A program made the translations under genes and the position numbers. Positions 10,689 through 21,325 of a stretch of 64,000 nt of DNA are shown in pieces. The DNA comes from a bacterium. GTDB lineage: Bacteria > Bdellovibrionota_C > UBA2361 > CALJRW01. Below the pieces are notes generated by a model. The model was not told the DNA's origin. It saw only the letters and a program-made list of their open reading frames with translations, and did not search any database. Each line of letters starts with the position of its first letter. The first letter of the stretch is position 1. Where the stretch lies: NCBI GenBank assembly GCA_031385045.1, contig JANNBC010000054.1, forward strand, positions 1-64,000, in the 5' to 3' direction.

Positions 10689-11849
10689 TTAAAATACATT
10701 AGGCTTTCTTGGGCAATCATTCACTAAGACACCCGGTAGTTGCATAAAATTAAAATATTCCGAGGTAGCCGCAAGATCCTGCATCAGTGTTCGATCGTGA
10801 GTAGCAAGAATAATTTGAATTCGACCGGGATATTTTTCTAACAACCCTAATAGTTCTTTAGTAAAGTGATCTGCGGATAACCAATCTAAATATGGAGTTG
10901 GTTCATCGATAATCAAAACTAACTTGCTATCTGCCGGTACACTATAAAATACTTCCTGCCCTACCACTGGCAAACTAAAACCACGCTCCAGAAAGGTTTT
11001 ATTACAAGGAAAAGAAATTTCTTGCTTCTGAAAAAATTGTTCGACTTTTTGATAAGTTATTTTCCAATCTAAAAAAGCATTCTGGCCAGCAGACAAGGCT
11101 CGTTCTCGTAACTTAATTTCTTCTTTTCCAGGTGTGAAGGTAAAATTTTCCAGCTGAACACCATTTATATATTTAGCATGTTGTAAGTTCTCAACACCAC
11201 GAAGATCTCGACCATCATAGTGATGATTAAATAAACCAACTTCTGGAAGAGTTTTAATTTTTTTGGTAGAATCGTCAGGTGTAACTGTCGCCTGATAAAT
11301 TGGAAAAACAGCAGGCGTAGTAGTTTGTAAATCTAAATAGAAAAATCGATTAATAGGGGTATCTTGTTTTAAATTATTAAATAATTTTTGCAGACTTGTG
11401 GCACTTAACAAGTAACTCTGTCCTGTCCTAATTCTTTCTGTCGCCACAGGATCCACTTGCTGGAGGTGCGTCAAAAATAAAAAATTATTAGAGTTTTCTA
11501 AAGCAAAATTAGCAATTAGATTTCGATCCCGAGAACCTAATTGTCCTTTAGATAACTTTGTAAATAAATCTGGATAGGGCCGAAAGTCCTCTGCTAAACT
11601 AGAACAATGATTTTCTTGGAAATAATTATTATTGCGAATGGAGGAATAAAGCATGTGCATTAAACCACTTTTGCCAACTCCATTTAAACCTACAACAACT
11701 TGCGAGGCTTTGTTAAAAGAATAACTTTGACCAATTGGAACTAAACTATCGACACCAGAAATATTAGTATTTAGGGCAACTACCTTTTGGATTACAGGTA
11801 AAGTTGCCAGTTTTTGATAATTTGAAACAGCAGGTAAAGTCACGAGCAT
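10689..11849 (-). CDS. ABC/AAA-type ATPase of unknown function
   Basis: Walker A GLNGVGKS, signature LSAGQ, Walker B LIIDEP, H-loop ATHD. Confidence 0.75.
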   Translation of the reverse strand: MLVTLPAVSNYQKLATLPVIQKVVALNTNISGVDSLVPIGQSYSFNKASQVVVGLNGVGKSGLMHMLYSSIRNNNYFQENHCSSLAEDFRPYPDLFTKLSKGQLGSRDRNLIANFALENSNNFLFLTHLQQVDPVATERIRTGQSYLLSATSLQKLFNNLKQDTPINRFFYLDLQTTTPAVFPIYQATVTPDDSTKKIKTLPEVGLFNHHYDGRDLRGVENLQHAKYINGVQLENFTFTPGKEEIKLRERALSAGQNAFLDWKITYQKVEQFFQKQEISFPCNKTFLERGFSLPVVGQEVFYSVPADSKLVLIIDEPTPYLDWLSADHFTKELLGLLEKYPGRIQIILATHDRTLMQDLAATSEYFNFMQLPGVLVNDCPRKPNVF

Positions 11850-11889
11850 AAATTACCGCAAGTGCTTAGCCTAATCAAACCATTGAAAA

Positions 11890-13023
11890 TTAGCTAAAAA
11901 TATTCTTGAAGCGATCAAAAAGGCCTTCTGGCTCCTCACTAACTTTTAGCTTAAACTCTTCTTCTTCGATTCTTTGCAATTCTTCAATTAACTTTAAGTG
12001 CTTATCAGATAACTTCTTGGGAATATGCACGTCGATTTTTACATGTTGATCTCCCCGACGAGTAGTTCCAAGGATTTGAATCCCTTTATTTTTTAACCTA
12101 AAAACTTTTCCTGATTTAGTTCCAGCAGGAATTTTTAATTTCACTTTTCCTTCAATTGTTGGAACTTCAATCTCCCCACCTAGAACTGCCATAGTATAAG
12201 CAATCGGCATTTCACAGATAATATCAGCCTCATGTCTTTGAAAATACTTATGAGCTTTAATTCCAATCACGACATAAAGATCGCCTGCTGGTCCACCTTG
12301 CAAACCGGATTCCCCTTCACCGCGTAATTTCAATCTTTGATTTTCATCTATTCCAGCTGGAATATTAACTTTTAATTTACTAGAAATTGGTTCTAAAGCT
12401 GCACCACGACATACATGGCAAGGCTTCTCGATTACCTGCCCACGACCTTGGCAAGTTGGACAAGGACGACTAACAGCGAAAAAACCTTGTTGCATCCGAA
12501 TCTGTCCAGCGCCATGACAATCGGTACAAGTCTTAGCACTACTTCCTTTGGCCGCCCCTGTTCCTGTACATTCACGACAAGTACGACGACGACGAACTTC
12601 AATTTCTTTCTCTGCTCCAAAAGCAGCTTCTTCAAAAGTAATTTCTAAATCATAGCGAAGATCGGCACCAGGTTGTCCAGTAGATTGACGTCCTCCTCCC
12701 GAGCCACCAAAAAAGGAACTAAAAATATCTCCGAAGACATCTTCAAAACCTTGAAAATTATTAAAATCAAATCCACCAGCTCCGCCTTGAAAAGCTGAGT
12801 GACCGAACTGATCATACTTAGAACGTTTGTCCGCATCACTTAAAACAGAATAAGCTTCACTTGCTTCTTTAAATTTTGTTTCTGCTTCTTTATTGTCGGG
12901 GTTTTTATCAGGGTGATACTGCATGGCCAGCTTGCGATAAGCTTTCTTAATATCAGCATCACTAGCTGTCTTACTAACACCTAATATTTCGTAATAATCT
13001 CTTTTAGACAAGGCACTACTCAA
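11890..13023 (-). CDS. dnaJ: Chaperone DnaJ
   Basis: J domain with HPD, G/F region, CxxCxGxG zinc repeats; TTG start. Confidence 0.97.
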   Translation of the reverse strand: MSSALSKRDYYEILGVSKTASDADIKKAYRKLAMQYHPDKNPDNKEAETKFKEASEAYSVLSDADKRSKYDQFGHSAFQGGAGGFDFNNFQGFEDVFGDIFSSFFGGSGGGRQSTGQPGADLRYDLEITFEEAAFGAEKEIEVRRRRTCRECTGTGAAKGSSAKTCTDCHGAGQIRMQQGFFAVSRPCPTCQGRGQVIEKPCHVCRGAALEPISSKLKVNIPAGIDENQRLKLRGEGESGLQGGPAGDLYVVIGIKAHKYFQRHEADIICEMPIAYTMAVLGGEIEVPTIEGKVKLKIPAGTKSGKVFRLKNKGIQILGTTRRGDQHVKIDVHIPKKLSDKHLKLIEELQRIEEEEFKLKVSEEPEGLFDRFKNIFS

Positions 13024-13038
13024 AAATCAAACTGTAAA

Positions 13039-13076
13039 AATGAAAAAGGCAGATTCGGAGATCTGCCTTTTTCATT
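13039..13076 (-). terminator. Intrinsic terminator/attenuator hairpin between dnaK and dnaJ
   Basis: Perfect 16-bp inverted repeat AATGAAAAAGGCAGAT-N6-ATCTGCCTTTTTCATT with T-runs. Confidence 0.8.
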
Positions 13077-13089
13077 AACTCGAAGTTCC

Positions 13090-15006
13090 TTATTTAACTT
13101 CTTCAAAGTCAGCATCGACAACGTCTTCGCCGTCTTTTGCTTGAGCCTTAGTTTCCGCAGAAGCTTGCTCAGCAGTGCCATTTTTATCAGCTTGTTCAGC
13201 AGAGGCTCGCTTATACATTTCTTCAGAAAGCTTATGACTTGCCGCGATTAGTTTTTGTGTCGCAGCATCAATTTTTTCTTTATCTTTTGCATCCAAGGCA
13301 GCGCGTGCTTCAATCACTGCTTCATCTACATTTTTCTTCTCATCAGCACTTAACTTATCGCCGATGTCTTTTAGTGATGTTTCTGAAGAATAAATTAAGT
13401 TCTCCAACTGATTAACAGCTTCAGCCAAAGCTTTCTTTTTCTTATCTTCTTCAGCATGCTCTTCAGCATCTTTCACCATTTGATTAATCTCAGCATCAGA
13501 AAGTCCGCTACTAGAAGTAATCTTAATCGATTGCTCCTTGTTAGTAGCTTTATCTTTTGCAGATACATGAACAATACCGTTACTATCAATATCAAAAGTA
13601 ACTTCAATTTGCGGAACACCTTTTGGCGCAGTTGGAATACCAACTAAGTCAAAACGACCAAGTGTTTTATTATCAGTCGCCATCTCGCGCTCTCCTTGAA
13701 GGACGTGAATAGAAACTGCTGGTTGATTATCACTAGCCGTAGAAAACACCTCTGATTTTCTATGAGGAATTGTTGTATTACGCTCAATTAACTTTGTGAA
13801 CACTCCACCAAGAGTTTCAATCCCCAAACTAAGCGGAGTAACATCTAGCAATAGAACATCCTTCACTTCACCTTGCAACACACCACCTTGAACAGCAGCA
13901 CCAATTGCCACAGCTTCGTCTGGGTTAACACCCTTAGATGGCTCTTTACCAAAAATTTCTTTTACTTTCTGTTGAACAATCGGCATTCTGGTCATACCAC
14001 CAACCAGAATTACTTCCGAAATCTCTGATGCTTTTAGTCCAGCTTCTTTGATTGCTTCCAAGCAAGGGCCTGATAGACGATCAATTAAGTCGGCACAAAG
14101 CTGTTCTAATTTAGAACGAGTCAGTTTAATATTTAAATGTTTTGGACCACTAGCATCAGCTGTAATGTAAGGAATGTTGATATCCGTTTCCACAGAAGAA
14201 GATAAAGCGTGTTTAGCTTTTTCAGCAGCTTCTTTTAATCTTTGTAGGGCTGGAATATCTTTTCTTAAATCAATTCCTTGATCTTTCTTAAACTCATCCG
14301 CTAGGTATTCCACAATTCTGATATCAAAATCTTCACCACCAAGAAAAGTATCACCACTTGTTGATTTAACTTCAAAAACACCTTCGCCTAGATCCAAGAT
14401 GGAAACGTCAAAAGTACCACCACCTAAGTCAAACACAGCGATTGTGCGATCACCAGTTTTATCTAAACCATAAGCAAGCGCCGCCGCTGTTGGTTCGTTA
14501 ATAATTCTTTGAACATTTAAACCAGCAATCTTACCAGCATCCTTAGTTGCTTGACGTTGAGCATCATTAAAATAAGCCGGAACAGTAATGACGGCATCAG
14601 TTACTTCTTGACCTAAATAATCTTCCGCAGCTTGTTTTAAATTAGCTAAGATCATTGCTGAAATTTCTTGAGGGCTTTTCTTTTCGCCTTTTAACTCTAC
14701 CCAAGCAGCATTCGTATCGGAACTAACAATTTTATAAGGAAGCACCTGTTGAGCCTTTTGAACCTCAGGGGCATCAAAATTTCTTCCGATCAAACGCTTT
14801 ACAGCGAAAATTGTATCAGTTGGGTTAGTTACCGCTTGACGCTTGGCAATCTGACCAACAAGACGTGCGCCTGTGCTATCAATAGCTACGATTGACGGAG
14901 TAGTGCGATTCCCCTCGCTATTTGCAATTACGACAGGAGTAGAACCTTCCATTACAGCAACGCAGGAGTTGGTTGTTCCTAAGTCTATTCCAATTGTTTT
15001 TCCCAT
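13090..15006 (-). CDS. dnaK: Chaperone DnaK
   Basis: [26 protein letters not shown]-terminal VDADFEEV. Confidence 0.99.
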   Translation of the reverse strand: MGKTIGIDLGTTNSCVAVMEGSTPVVIANSEGNRTTPSIVAIDSTGARLVGQIAKRQAVTNPTDTIFAVKRLIGRNFDAPEVQKAQQVLPYKIVSSDTNAAWVELKGEKKSPQEISAMILANLKQAAEDYLGQEVTDAVITVPAYFNDAQRQATKDAGKIAGLNVQRIINEPTAAALAYGLDKTGDRTIAVFDLGGGTFDVSILDLGEGVFEVKSTSGDTFLGGEDFDIRIVEYLADEFKKDQGIDLRKDIPALQRLKEAAEKAKHALSSSVETDINIPYITADASGPKHLNIKLTRSKLEQLCADLIDRLSGPCLEAIKEAGLKASEISEVILVGGMTRMPIVQQKVKEIFGKEPSKGVNPDEAVAIGAAVQGGVLQGEVKDVLLLDVTPLSLGIETLGGVFTKLIERNTTIPHRKSEVFSTASDNQPAVSIHVLQGEREMATDNKTLGRFDLVGIPTAPKGVPQIEVTFDIDSNGIVHVSAKDKATNKEQSIKITSSSGLSDAEINQMVKDAEEHAEEDKKKKALAEAVNQLENLIYSSETSLKDIGDKLSADEKKNVDEAVIEARAALDAKDKEKIDAATQKLIAASHKLSEEMYKRASAEQADKNGTAEQASAETKAQAKDGEDVVDADFEEVK

Positions 15007-15099
15007 TATAATATCTCCAAATTCATCAAAAAAATCTTTGTTCCAATCTTGTAAGCACTAAAAAGTTACTTTTCAAGGTGACTAAGTCTGTTTTTACAA

Positions 15100-15687
15100 T
15101 TATTCCGCCTCTTTACTGACAATTACTTGCCCAGGGCGAATCAGTTTATCCTTATACGTATAGGATTTGCGAATCTCTTGAATTACGGTGTTCGGCTGAC
15201 TTGTAGGATCCGGAATTAAAGACAGGGCCTCTTGGATCTGTGGGTCAAATTGCTGACCTAAAGTATCATTTGAAACCACGCCCCATTTTACTAGAATCTC
15301 ATTAAATTTCTTATGAATTAAACTTAATCCAGTTTGCAAATCTTCTAAGGTAGTTTCCTTCTGAGCAACCGCTAAGTCTAAATTATCCATGACTTCTAGC
15401 AAATCAATAATAACTCTTTCCCCTTGATACTTGAGTAGGTCACTTCGATCCTTTGCTGCTCGCTTCTTAACATTCTCTAAATCTGCTAAGGAGCGAAGAT
15501 AATTCTGTTGAGCCTCTGCTAATTGCATCTTAGCTTGCACTAACTGAAACTCAGGGCTATCTAATTGGCTTAAATCAACTTCACGCTCAACAAACTCTTG
15601 CTCTTGCTCGCTTTGTAGATCACTTGTTGGCTTTCCTTTGGCAAAACTTTCGCTTTCCAAGTCGTCTGGAATATTATTATCGTTCAT
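15100..15687 (-). CDS. grpE: Nucleotide exchange factor GrpE
   Basis: LRSLADLENVKKR, FDPQIQEA, LIRPGQVIV; directly upstream of dnaK; probable start 15687. Confidence 0.93.
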   Translation of the reverse strand: MNDNNIPDDLESESFAKGKPTSDLQSEQEQEFVEREVDLSQLDSPEFQLVQAKMQLAEAQQNYLRSLADLENVKKRAAKDRSDLLKYQGERVIIDLLEVMDNLDLAVAQKETTLEDLQTGLSLIHKKFNEILVKWGVVSNDTLGQQFDPQIQEALSLIPDPTSQPNTVIQEIRKSYTYKDKLIRPGQVIVSKEAE

Positions 15688-15817
15688 TGTAGGGTTATAT
15701 CTAAAGATCTCAACCTTATTGAATAAGGCTTTAATTGACGGACAGACAATGCGGAGTGCGCAATTCAAACGTCCGAGCATAATATAATAACTTTTTTTAA
15801 TTTTTCAAGCTAAGTAG

Positions 15818-16408
15818 GTGGTAAAAAACCAAGAAACAGAAGGAATTATCCTTAAAATTCATGAAACCACCAATAATGCCTATATCCTTAAGGTCATCAC
15901 AGAAGATTACTCATTATTAACGATTTATGCTCCGCATGCCAAAAATAGTAAAAAACGATACGGACAGCTTGATCTTTTTGACTGGGGCATCTTTACAATT
16001 AAAGATAACCAGCAGGGTATCTATAGGCTTCAAGAATTTTCAGCTAAATCTTCCTTTCCAGCAGTGCGTGATTCACTAGATAAAATTATCGTTGTTAGCT
16101 GTGTTGCTGAAATATTAGAACAAACTACACCGGAAAATGACCCGAGCTCCCTGCCGAGTTTTAAGACTTTTAAAGAATACTTACTATCCTTAGAGCACCT
16201 TAGTGAGCTAAGGGAGATTTTAAAATCAACACATCTATGTCTAGTTGAACTACTAGTTGATTCTGGGATTATTGATTCTGAGCAACTAGCCATACCAAGC
16301 AGTAAAAATCTAATTAAATTAATACAAGCAACAGAACATTACTTAGGAAGGCAACTCCGATTAAGATTGGAGATCGAAAAACTAATTAAAAGCTTAAAAA
16401 AGGAATAA
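15818..16408 (+). CDS. recO: DNA repair protein RecO (short form)
   Basis: TEGIILK...ILKVITEDYS...AKNSKKRYGQLDLF RecO OB-domain pattern. Confidence 0.7.
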   Translation: MVKNQETEGIILKIHETTNNAYILKVITEDYSLLTIYAPHAKNSKKRYGQLDLFDWGIFTIKDNQQGIYRLQEFSAKSSFPAVRDSLDKIIVVSCVAEILEQTTPENDPSSLPSFKTFKEYLLSLEHLSELREILKSTHLCLVELLVDSGIIDSEQLAIPSSKNLIKLIQATEHYLGRQLRLRLEIEKLIKSLKKE

Positions 16409-16461
16409 GATTATACTAGTATGGTTTAAAGTCTACCGAGCAAGCAAGCGAAGAACAAATT

Positions 16462-16887
16462 ATGAATATCCAAAAACTAATTATCCCAGTGACAGTCATC
16501 ATGGTGATGGCAATTATTGTTAAGGTTTTCATTCTCCCTGGAAATGACCAGAAACCAAAGCTGGCGGAGATTAAAGATCAGGTTTATGTGCTGATGGCTG
16601 ATTTATATTGCGAAGGAAAAGAAGTTACGATTAATCTAAAGAAAGCCGAAATCGATGAATTCACTAAGGGGCAAGCTAAGATAGAAATTAATGGCTGGCC
16701 AGTTAGAATCAACGCTAAAGTTATTTGCGATCAAGATGGATCTAAATATACCCAAAAATTCTCCTTAGATGATCCAGCTTTTTTTGTTAGAAAAACTCTT
16801 TGGGGATATGAAGTATTCCTACCAGAAGCACTTGTCGCTCTAAAAGATCAAGTTGAAGATCAGTTGAAAGGTGCCGCAAAATCTTAA
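16462..16887 (+). CDS. Hypothetical membrane-anchored protein
   Basis: 141-aa ORF with one N-terminal hydrophobic helix. Confidence 0.6.
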   Translation: MNIQKLIIPVTVIMVMAIIVKVFILPGNDQKPKLAEIKDQVYVLMADLYCEGKEVTINLKKAEIDEFTKGQAKIEINGWPVRINAKVICDQDGSKYTQKFSLDDPAFFVRKTLWGYEVFLPEALVALKDQVEDQLKGAAKS

Positions 16888-17156
16888 TGACATTTACAGC
16901 CAGTATTGCACTTGGCGGCTGGTGCCGGTGTTTCCGTACTTACACTTTCCGTTTTAGCTGAAGTATTATTGGATTTACTGTTACCATAATCAGACTTATA
17001 CCAACCACTACCTTTAAGATGAAAGGCTGAGGCTGAGACAATCTTTTGAGGATTATTAGATTTGCAAACAGGACAATTAGTCAGTGGCTGATCATCAAAC
17101 TTTTGAATCGCTTCAAATACTCCACACTTTTCACATTGATATTCATATATTGGCAT
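16884..17156 (-). CDS. FmdB-family zinc-ribbon protein
   Basis: MPIYEYQCEKCG...CPVC...FHLKGSGWYKSDY; GGAG RBS. Confidence 0.9.
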   Translation of the reverse strand: MPIYEYQCEKCGVFEAIQKFDDQPLTNCPVCKSNNPQKIVSASAFHLKGSGWYKSDYGNSKSNNTSAKTESVSTETPAPAAKCNTGCKCH

Positions 17157-17182
17157 AACTATTACTCCATTTTTTGCTTAAT

Positions 17183-17524
17183 TTATTCAGAAATTGAATG
17201 CACTTGGCTATAAGCATTATTCCGTTTAATTTCTACACTATATTCTAAAAGTGACTGCACCAAAAAAGATTGTAAAAACACAATTGCCACAACAATTAGA
17301 ATCGGCGCGAAATCCATTCCGCCCTGCACCAACCAGGGCATCCGTCGGCGAAGCCAATATAGTATCGGATCTGTAGTATTACTCAAGAAACGCACAATTG
17401 GGTTATAGGGATCAATATTAATCCAAGAAATCACAGCCCTTGCTAAGACTAATAAGAGCATAATATCTAATAAAATTTTAATCACTCCGGCTAAGCCAGA
17501 AATAAAATTTGCTAATAAAATCAT
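17183..17524 (-). CDS. yggT: YggT-family membrane protein
   Basis: ISWINIDPYNPIVRFL..TDP, GMDFAP. Confidence 0.9.
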   Translation of the reverse strand: MILLANFISGLAGVIKILLDIMLLLVLARAVISWINIDPYNPIVRFLSNTTDPILYWLRRRMPWLVQGGMDFAPILIVVAIVFLQSFLVQSLLEYSVEIKRNNAYSQVHSISE

Positions 17525-18225
17525 TAATTTTCCCTTGAACCAAAGATATCTGTACCAACGCGCACCAAATCAGCACCCGACTTAACAGCTAATAAATAAT
17601 CTGCGGACATCCCCATACTTAATCCTAAGCTTTCGAATTGACTATCCGCTATCAACAAATCTCGGAGTTTAGCCATTTGCTCAAAATCAGGAAGTACCTC
17701 TGTAACATTAGAATAGTATTTAGTAATAGTCATTAATCCGATAATTTCAAGTCCTGATAACTGCCGAAACTTCCCGATGCTTAACAACAACTCGCTTTCT
17801 AAAAATCCAGATTTATCCTGATCTTTAGAAATATTAACCTGCAAGTAAACTTTTTGAATTTTATTCATCTTCACTGCTTCCTTAGAAATCAACTCGGCAA
17901 TCTTCCAAGAGCTAACACTTTGAATTACATCAAAAAGTTGCACTGCTTTTTTAACTTTATTACTTTGCAAGGGTCCAATTAAGTGAACTTGAAAATCTCC
18001 TTTTAAGACTAGCGACTTTTCAGCATATTCTTGAACGTAATTTTCTCCCAATAACACACCTGGATAAGTATCAATAAGTAACTGAATCAGATCGGTAGAT
18101 TGCTTCTTAGATACTGCTAAGAGCTTAATTTTTTCAGGACTTAACATTTGCTCTTTGGCAACTGCTCGGATTTGATCCAAGACCCGCTGATAATTCTGAA
18201 GAACTATAAGATTATCTGACATCAC
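17524..18225 (-). CDS. yggS: Pyridoxal-phosphate homeostasis protein
   Basis: LAVSK, GENYVQE, HLIGPLQSNK, LSMGMS, VRVGTDIFG. Confidence 0.95.
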   Translation of the reverse strand: MMSDNLIVLQNYQRVLDQIRAVAKEQMLSPEKIKLLAVSKKQSTDLIQLLIDTYPGVLLGENYVQEYAEKSLVLKGDFQVHLIGPLQSNKVKKAVQLFDVIQSVSSWKIAELISKEAVKMNKIQKVYLQVNISKDQDKSGFLESELLLSIGKFRQLSGLEIIGLMTITKYYSNVTEVLPDFEQMAKLRDLLIADSQFESLGLSMGMSADYLLAVKSGADLVRVGTDIFGSREN

Positions 18226-19240
18226 TTAACTGCTGATAAATTTTCTGATAATCAAGAATCGCCTGTTCTATTTCAGAAATATAAATAAATTCTTGGTCGG
18301 TATGAGCTCGGCTGATATTTCCTGGCCCGTATAAAAATCCTTTTGCTCCAAGCATTAAGAGATTGGGTAGATCTGTGTAATAGGCAACCGACATGGTTTC
18401 AAAACCATCTAAGACATTTAAGCTGATTGGATTCTGAATATTATGAAATTTTAATTTACCTCGACTTCCTACAATTTTAATAATTTGATGCTGAACAACT
18501 TCTGCGCTAGTTGCTACCCTAATAATTGCCTGTAACTCTGCCTGATCGGCAATAATATTATGTGCTGTGCCACCAGCAATCACACCTAAATTAATAGTCG
18601 TTGGACCAAGATTTAGATCGGATCCAAAATCAGCCTGATATAACTCATTTGCAATTTCGATTAACTGCCGATTGGCATCGACACCTAACTCTGGATAACC
18701 AGAATGAGCATTAAGCCCGACACATGTTAACGTAAAGGAAACGATACCTTTATGCCCAACTGCAAGCTTACCTTCAGTCGGCTCACCATTTACTAAATAC
18801 TTAATCCCTCGATTTTTTAAAACTCTCCCAGCCAGCTCTGATCCTGCGGAGCTTGTCTCCTCTTCAAAAACAACAAGCAACCCAAAGTTATTCATCCCGG
18901 CCAATTCTAACTGCCGACAAGCTGCAATCATTGAAACTAGGATTCCCTTGGCATCGTTTGCCCCTCTACCAAAAATTTGATCATTAATAATCCTAGCTTG
19001 GAATTGTTCTGACTTGGCAGGAACAACATCAACATGAGTTGTAAAAATGATTTCAGGCTGACCAAAAGAAACTAAGATTAAATAATTTTGGATACTATTG
19101 GGATTAGGAATGATTTCACTCCTCCAATTGAATTTCTCAAAAAGATTAACTAAAAAATCTAACGCCTGCTTCTCTTCCCCTGAATAAGATTGGATTTCAA
19201 TTAAATCTTGCAGTAACTTAACAGTCTCGTTAATTTTCAT
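18212..19240 (-). CDS. M20 metallo-amidohydrolase (ArgE/DapE-like)
   Basis: THVDVVP, GRGANDAKG, EE, GEPT, AHS, AHTDQE. Confidence 0.88.
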   Translation of the reverse strand: MKINETVKLLQDLIEIQSYSGEEKQALDFLVNLFEKFNWRSEIIPNPNSIQNYLILVSFGQPEIIFTTHVDVVPAKSEQFQARIINDQIFGRGANDAKGILVSMIAACRQLELAGMNNFGLLVVFEEETSSAGSELAGRVLKNRGIKYLVNGEPTEGKLAVGHKGIVSFTLTCVGLNAHSGYPELGVDANRQLIEIANELYQADFGSDLNLGPTTINLGVIAGGTAHNIIADQAELQAIIRVATSAEVVQHQIIKIVGSRGKLKFHNIQNPISLNVLDGFETMSVAYYTDLPNLLMLGAKGFLYGPGNISRAHTDQEFIYISEIEQAILDYQKIYQQLSDVR

Positions 19241-19811
19241 TACTAAATATTTTCTCTAGATCAATTTTTAAACTAGCGATATCCAAACCAATCACATTAG
19301 TATGAGATCCACTGATCCTTCTAACAAACTTAGCGCCAATCCCTTGTAGTGCATAAGCTCCCGCCTTATCCATTGGCTCACCACTAGCAACATATTCGAT
19401 AATATCTTTATGAGTAATCAAGTTAAATTCAACTTCTGTAATACAGGTCTTTTGAATTAAAAATTTGTTCTGAAAACAAGTAACAGCATAACTACTAATC
19501 ACTTGATGAATTTGGCCTGATAATAATTCAAGAGTTTTTTCGGCATCGGCAATATCTTCGGGCTTTCCCAAGACATGATTATTAAGAACGACTATTGTAT
19601 CAGCACCAATTACATAACTAACGGGATTTAGCTCCGATATTTTTCGAGCTTTTTCCAATCCAAGCCTTGTTACATAATCCACAGGTCGCTCTGCCGCTAA
19701 TTGACTTTCATCAATATCCGCAGGAAGTACGCTAAATGGATAAGGCAAAAGCTTTAGTAGCTCCTGGCGACGGGGTGAAGACGAAGCTAAGATAAGTTTT
19801 AAATCTGTCAT
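19230..19811 (-). CDS. maf: Maf nucleoside triphosphate pyrophosphatase
   Basis: LILASSSPRR, GADTIV, LGKP, DKAGAY. Confidence 0.95.
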   Translation of the reverse strand: MTDLKLILASSSPRRQELLKLLPYPFSVLPADIDESQLAAERPVDYVTRLGLEKARKISELNPVSYVIGADTIVVLNNHVLGKPEDIADAEKTLELLSGQIHQVISSYAVTCFQNKFLIQKTCITEVEFNLITHKDIIEYVASGEPMDKAGAYALQGIGAKFVRRISGSHTNVIGLDIASLKIDLEKIFSNEN

Positions 19812-19996
19812 TCCGACAATTTACCACCATTTAGACATTTTGAGAAACGATTAGACTTGAATTTATCTGTAACGATCAAATTAATACTCAGCAATATCAG
19901 TGAGTTTCGCCTTAGAAGACTGATAAGCATGTATTTTAATTTAAGCATCCTGTATAACACGGAGTCTTGATTATTTTATTAAGTAGCAGAGATCAT

Positions 19997-20842
19997 ATGT
20001 TTCAAACCAATTATTCACGAAGAAAATCATTACTGTCTTTTTTCTTAGCAATCTTTTTTCTACAAAATAGCGCCATTGCTTGCCCACTGATCGAAGATAA
20101 ATTTGTCGATTATAATTGTGACCAAACATTTAAGATTAGCGTAGTTGGAGACAGTATTGTTTATGGACTTGGTGATGAAGATAACGGAAACCGCGGAGGC
20201 TACGTTAAACGGCTAGAAAGAATTGCGACTGTCAAGAATCTTGGTATTAGTGGCGCGACAACTCGCTCCCTACTCCTAGCTTTAAGTAGAAATACTCCCA
20301 GAATCAACAAAGCACTTCAAGGTTCAGATTTGATCATTGTTGACATTGGGCGAAATGATTATTTTAACTATTTTGCAGGCGAAATTACAATCGAACAAGT
20401 CGTTCGTAACATTAAACGAATTGGTAATGTAGTTGCTAAAAGAGTAGCAAATGGTGATTCTACTTTAAGACCATTTGTCTTAACTGGCCCACTAATTCGA
20501 GCAAATCGAACTGACCAAAATATTTATATTGGAGAGCTGAATGAAACTATTCGTCGCTTTCAAGCTAGAGGCCTTCCAGCATATTTACAGTTTGATGAAA
20601 ACTTTAGTAAATTAAATTTGACTGCTGACAATCTCCATCCAAACTCCGAAGGGTACCAACAAATCTTCAGATATTTGAAAGAATTCATTAATAACGATCT
20701 CCAAATTTTACTAAACGCCGCACGTCCTGATCTTGATGCCGATGGAATTTACGATCTATTTGAACCAGGCTATGGAATGGATCCAACAAAGCCAGATACT
20801 GATGAGGATGGAACACTAGATGGGGCAGAAGTTTTTTACTAG
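19997..20842 (+). CDS. Secreted SGNH/GDSL hydrolase with C-terminal acidic Ca-binding (TSP3-like) repeats
   Basis: GDSI, GRND, DNLHPN blocks; DLDADG...DPTKPDTDEDGTLDG tail. Confidence 0.82.
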   Translation: MFQTNYSRRKSLLSFFLAIFFLQNSAIACPLIEDKFVDYNCDQTFKISVVGDSIVYGLGDEDNGNRGGYVKRLERIATVKNLGISGATTRSLLLALSRNTPRINKALQGSDLIIVDIGRNDYFNYFAGEITIEQVVRNIKRIGNVVAKRVANGDSTLRPFVLTGPLIRANRTDQNIYIGELNETIRRFQARGLPAYLQFDENFSKLNLTADNLHPNSEGYQQIFRYLKEFINNDLQILLNAARPDLDADGIYDLFEPGYGMDPTKPDTDEDGTLDGAEVFY

Positions 20843-20926
20843 TCTTCCACGGAATAGATTTGATATTCCCTTGCGCGGACGCTTCAGCAAAATGGCAAGT
20901 GCTTATAGTTTCAGAAAAAAACCTGG

Positions 20927-21322
20927 TCACTTACCGTACAAAAAAATTAGGATTTCAATTAATAACAAATCAAACTCTGCATTTTCAAAACGAGTTTCTC
21001 TAGTTTGATGCGAGACTACTATAACCCAATCACGCTGATCTAGATATTGTACACTAACAATCTCTGCTTCTTTTAAGCTAATTTGATTTAAAAGGGAAAA
21101 CTGATCAGGAATAACAAAAAAGAATTTCTGGTGTACAGGCTGCCAATCGCTAACTTGTCCAGTAAAAAGTGAGACTGTTTTTTTAGTGTTAAGAAAATAA
21201 AATTCCTCGTATCCATAATCAGCAAAACCACGCCCCAAGCGAACTCCAGGCTCAATAGTAAACTCACAACCTAAGTTATGAAGTTGCTGACATTTATCTA
21301 AAAAAGAATTTTGATTTAACAA
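20927..21322 (-). CDS. Hypothetical protein
   Basis: 131-aa ORF starting 3 bp after the guaB stop on the same strand. Confidence 0.55.
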   Translation of the reverse strand: MLNQNSFLDKCQQLHNLGCEFTIEPGVRLGRGFADYGYEEFYFLNTKKTVSLFTGQVSDWQPVHQKFFFVIPDQFSLLNQISLKEAEIVSVQYLDQRDWVIVVSHQTRETRFENAEFDLLLIEILIFLYGK

Positions 21323-21325
21323 GTT

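Noticed and set aside
15052..15085. CIRCE-like half sites (TAAGCACTA ... GGTGACTAA) and a sigma-32-like CTTGAAA upstream of dnaK
   Set aside because: The spacing does not fit the 9-nt CIRCE spacer, there is no hrcA in the window, and there is no convincing CCCCAT -10 box.
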